Positions 62,201 through 64,000 of a DNA stretch of 64,000 nucleotides are shown here, in pieces. Both the position numbers and the translations under genes were made by a program. The notes under the pieces are model-generated. The model did not search any database, was not told the DNA's origin, and saw nothing but the letters and a program-made list of their open reading frames with translations. Source of the DNA: Heteronotia binoei (lineage: Eukaryota). How positions within the stretch are numbered: position 1 is the stretch's first letter; every line of letters starts with the position of its first letter. The stretch is from assembly GCF_032191835.1 (NCBI RefSeq), contig NC_083235.1, positions 47,554,001-47,618,000 on the forward strand. Reading direction: 5' to 3'.

Positions 62201-62903
62201 CCCTAGTTTTATTGTTCTATTTATCACTACAAGGGCAGCTGTTTTTGTTATATTGCAATGGCTTTTGGCAGTGTACAATAAAATTTTACCTACATACTGA
62301 GTATTGCTTCATCTACATGGAGGCCTTTTTCCAGTTTGGTGACTTTTTTTGTGTGTGCATCCAAATGATATTTTTCTGTAATCATCCAGCTTTCCCCATC
62401 CTCAATAAGTTCTCTCTCAGACCTGCTATATTTTTTTAAAGAGTGAAGACCAAGCGCATTAGCAAGCCATCTGGATGGGAGGTTGCACATTTTAAAGGGC
62501 CATCTCATATTGGTACCATGTTATTTCCATCATTTCCTAGTAGTTCCCATTTTCCCTGCCAGGTCACTGGAGGCTATAAAACTTTTCTAAAATTAGAAAT
62601 CATTACAGCCAGTGCTTTTTTTGCATTTTTATTTGCATATTAAGCCACACCCCCTGACACCAAGCCAGCTGGAACTGCGTTCCTGTGGGTTCCTGCTAAA
62701 AAAAAAAGCCCTGTTGACATCCCTGTGTGTACTTGATTATTCTGTTGCTAAGATGCACAAGTGAGACTGAGCGTACCTACACTGCAAACGTCACACACCG
62801 GAAACAGATGCAATGGTCCATTAAATATACTTCCTCAATTTCTTGCCACCTCTTTCTTCAAGACAACTTCTTTGGCATGACTGCAGTTTCGCAAATCTAA
62901 GCA

Positions 62904-62967
62904 ATGGCTCCAGTCTTATTTAAAATGCTGACATTTACAGTCATCGGGTGCCTCCTGACAGCACACA
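62904..62967 (+). CDS. Candidate small secreted protein, coding exon 1 (64 nt): MAPVLFKMLTFTVIGCLLTAH, signal-peptide-like
   Basis: Strong Kozak context gcaATGG; basic residue followed by a hydrophobic core; donor CACA|gtaaga is phase 1; TATA-like TAAATATA at about 62822. Confidence 0.6.
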
Positions 62968-63056
62968 GTAAGACCTTTCTCTCATGTATAGTGTTTATTT
63001 TCTAAAATGCTCTATTTTACTACCTAATTCAAGATACATTGCCCTCCTTCTTTCAG

Positions 63057-63104
63057 TTCAGCCATCTCTATCAGATGAAAATGAGCATGACCCTGATGAA
63101 GATG
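63057..63104 (+). CDS. Candidate small secreted protein, exon 2 (48 nt, phase 1-1): (I)QPSLSDENEHDPDED
   Basis: Branch-like cctaat plus ccctccttctttcag acceptor; donor ATG|gtaagt; in frame with the upstream exon across an 89-nt intron. Confidence 0.62.
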
Positions 63105-63298
63105 GTAAGTTTCCTTTGGCAGCTGGCTGCATGCTCAGTGCAACCAAGTTTCTTTTTGTTGTGGTGGTTTCTTTAGGGTGGGTCTGGCCCCATCCTGGAT
63201 TAATTAAAGCCCATTTTGATTAAATTATAAACCAGCACTATCTCTGCACAAAATCTATAGTGCCTGTCTCCAAGCTGTATTTTTCCTTATTCTTTCAG

Positions 63299-63490
63299 TT
63301 CAATCATTTCTTCTAGACAGGGAATGATCACGAACAACAGAATAATGTCCCCCCCCGCCCCATTATAATAGTGAATGTAATAGAAAAAGAACAATAGTGG
63401 ATATTAGGTGCAGGGGTATCTGCTCCCACCTCAGATGAAGATATTATTAAAATATTGCTTGAGGCTTTAAAATGGGAACTGGGAAGCTGA
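63299..63490 (+). CDS. Candidate last exon region of the small secreted protein; acceptor and stop ambiguous
   Basis: Acceptor at 63298 gives VQSFLLDRE-stop. Acceptor at 63320 gives GNDHEQQNNVPPRPIIIVNVIEKEQ-stop. That second frame reopens after TAG 63395-63397 as WILGAGVSAPTSDEDIIKILLEALKWELGS-stop. Confidence 0.35.
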
Positions 63491-64000
63491 AATGTTTGTT
63501 TGTATATTTCTCACTTTTGCCTGTGTTTCGGTGATTGGCATCAAGTTGAAAGATAACTAAATATTATACTGAAAAGATCAACACAGAGTTCCATTATCTT
63601 ATTTTTTTAAAACAGTTTTGGGGTGAGGGTGGGGTGTTAACCAAAACACTCTCACTCCGTAGCCATACCTCACTCACAGTTTCTCCATTCTAAAATCATC
63701 ACTAAGCTCAGCTGCTTTTCCTATTGCGAGGCTAAAATTAAATATATATGCACCTACCTTTTTGAATCCTACAGAGGGTAGGGAGGAGGGCAAAAAGAGT
63801 TGAACCTAGAATGTGCTTTAAAGCAGACAAAGGGTTAAGGTTTGTTTAGGATTGCTCATTGTACCTTTTCCATTTCACTGGCTTTTGACCACATTATTTA
63901 CAGTTCCCCCCCCCCCCCCCATGCCAGTTGTGTTAATGTGTCTACCACCTTAGGACATTTCATGCATCTGCTGAAGTAGTCACTAGCTCATAATAAATCA

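Noticed and set aside
49700-62800. A second SDR9C paralog (SDR9C7/RDH16) expected from synteny
   Set aside because: I saw no TGxxxGxG, NNAG or YxxxK exons on either strand in this interval.

Overview
Vertebrate nuclear DNA from a squamate reptile, probably a gecko (inferred from the repeat families), with no prokaryotic features. Gene order matches the human 12q13.3 block as recalled. (1) The 5' end of NACA lies on the minus strand: a CpG/ETS/YY1 promoter, a TOP-like exon 1 and coding exon 2; the rest of the gene is left of the window. (2) PRIM1 (DNA primase small subunit) is complete on the minus strand: 13 coding exons, 1236 nt, 411 aa, with a U12-type AT-AC intron 7. (3) An HSD17B6/RDH16-like SDR9C dehydrogenase is complete on the plus strand: 4 coding exons, 318 aa. 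(4) At the right edge, a candidate small multi-exon gene (62904-63490, +) encodes a signal peptide, an acidic segment and possibly an amphipathic tail, all joined by phase-1 introns. I do not recognise it and it is the best novelty candidate. NACA intron 2 also holds several candidate symmetric phase-1 cassette exons. The remainder is dense with transposable elements: two solo-LTR families with TSDs, hAT MITEs with 8-bp TSDs, L2, CR1 and RTE-BovB LINE fragments, and tRNA- and 5S-derived SINEs, several nested. Exon boundaries were read by eye; comparisons to human genes and repeat family names are from memory and were not database-checked.
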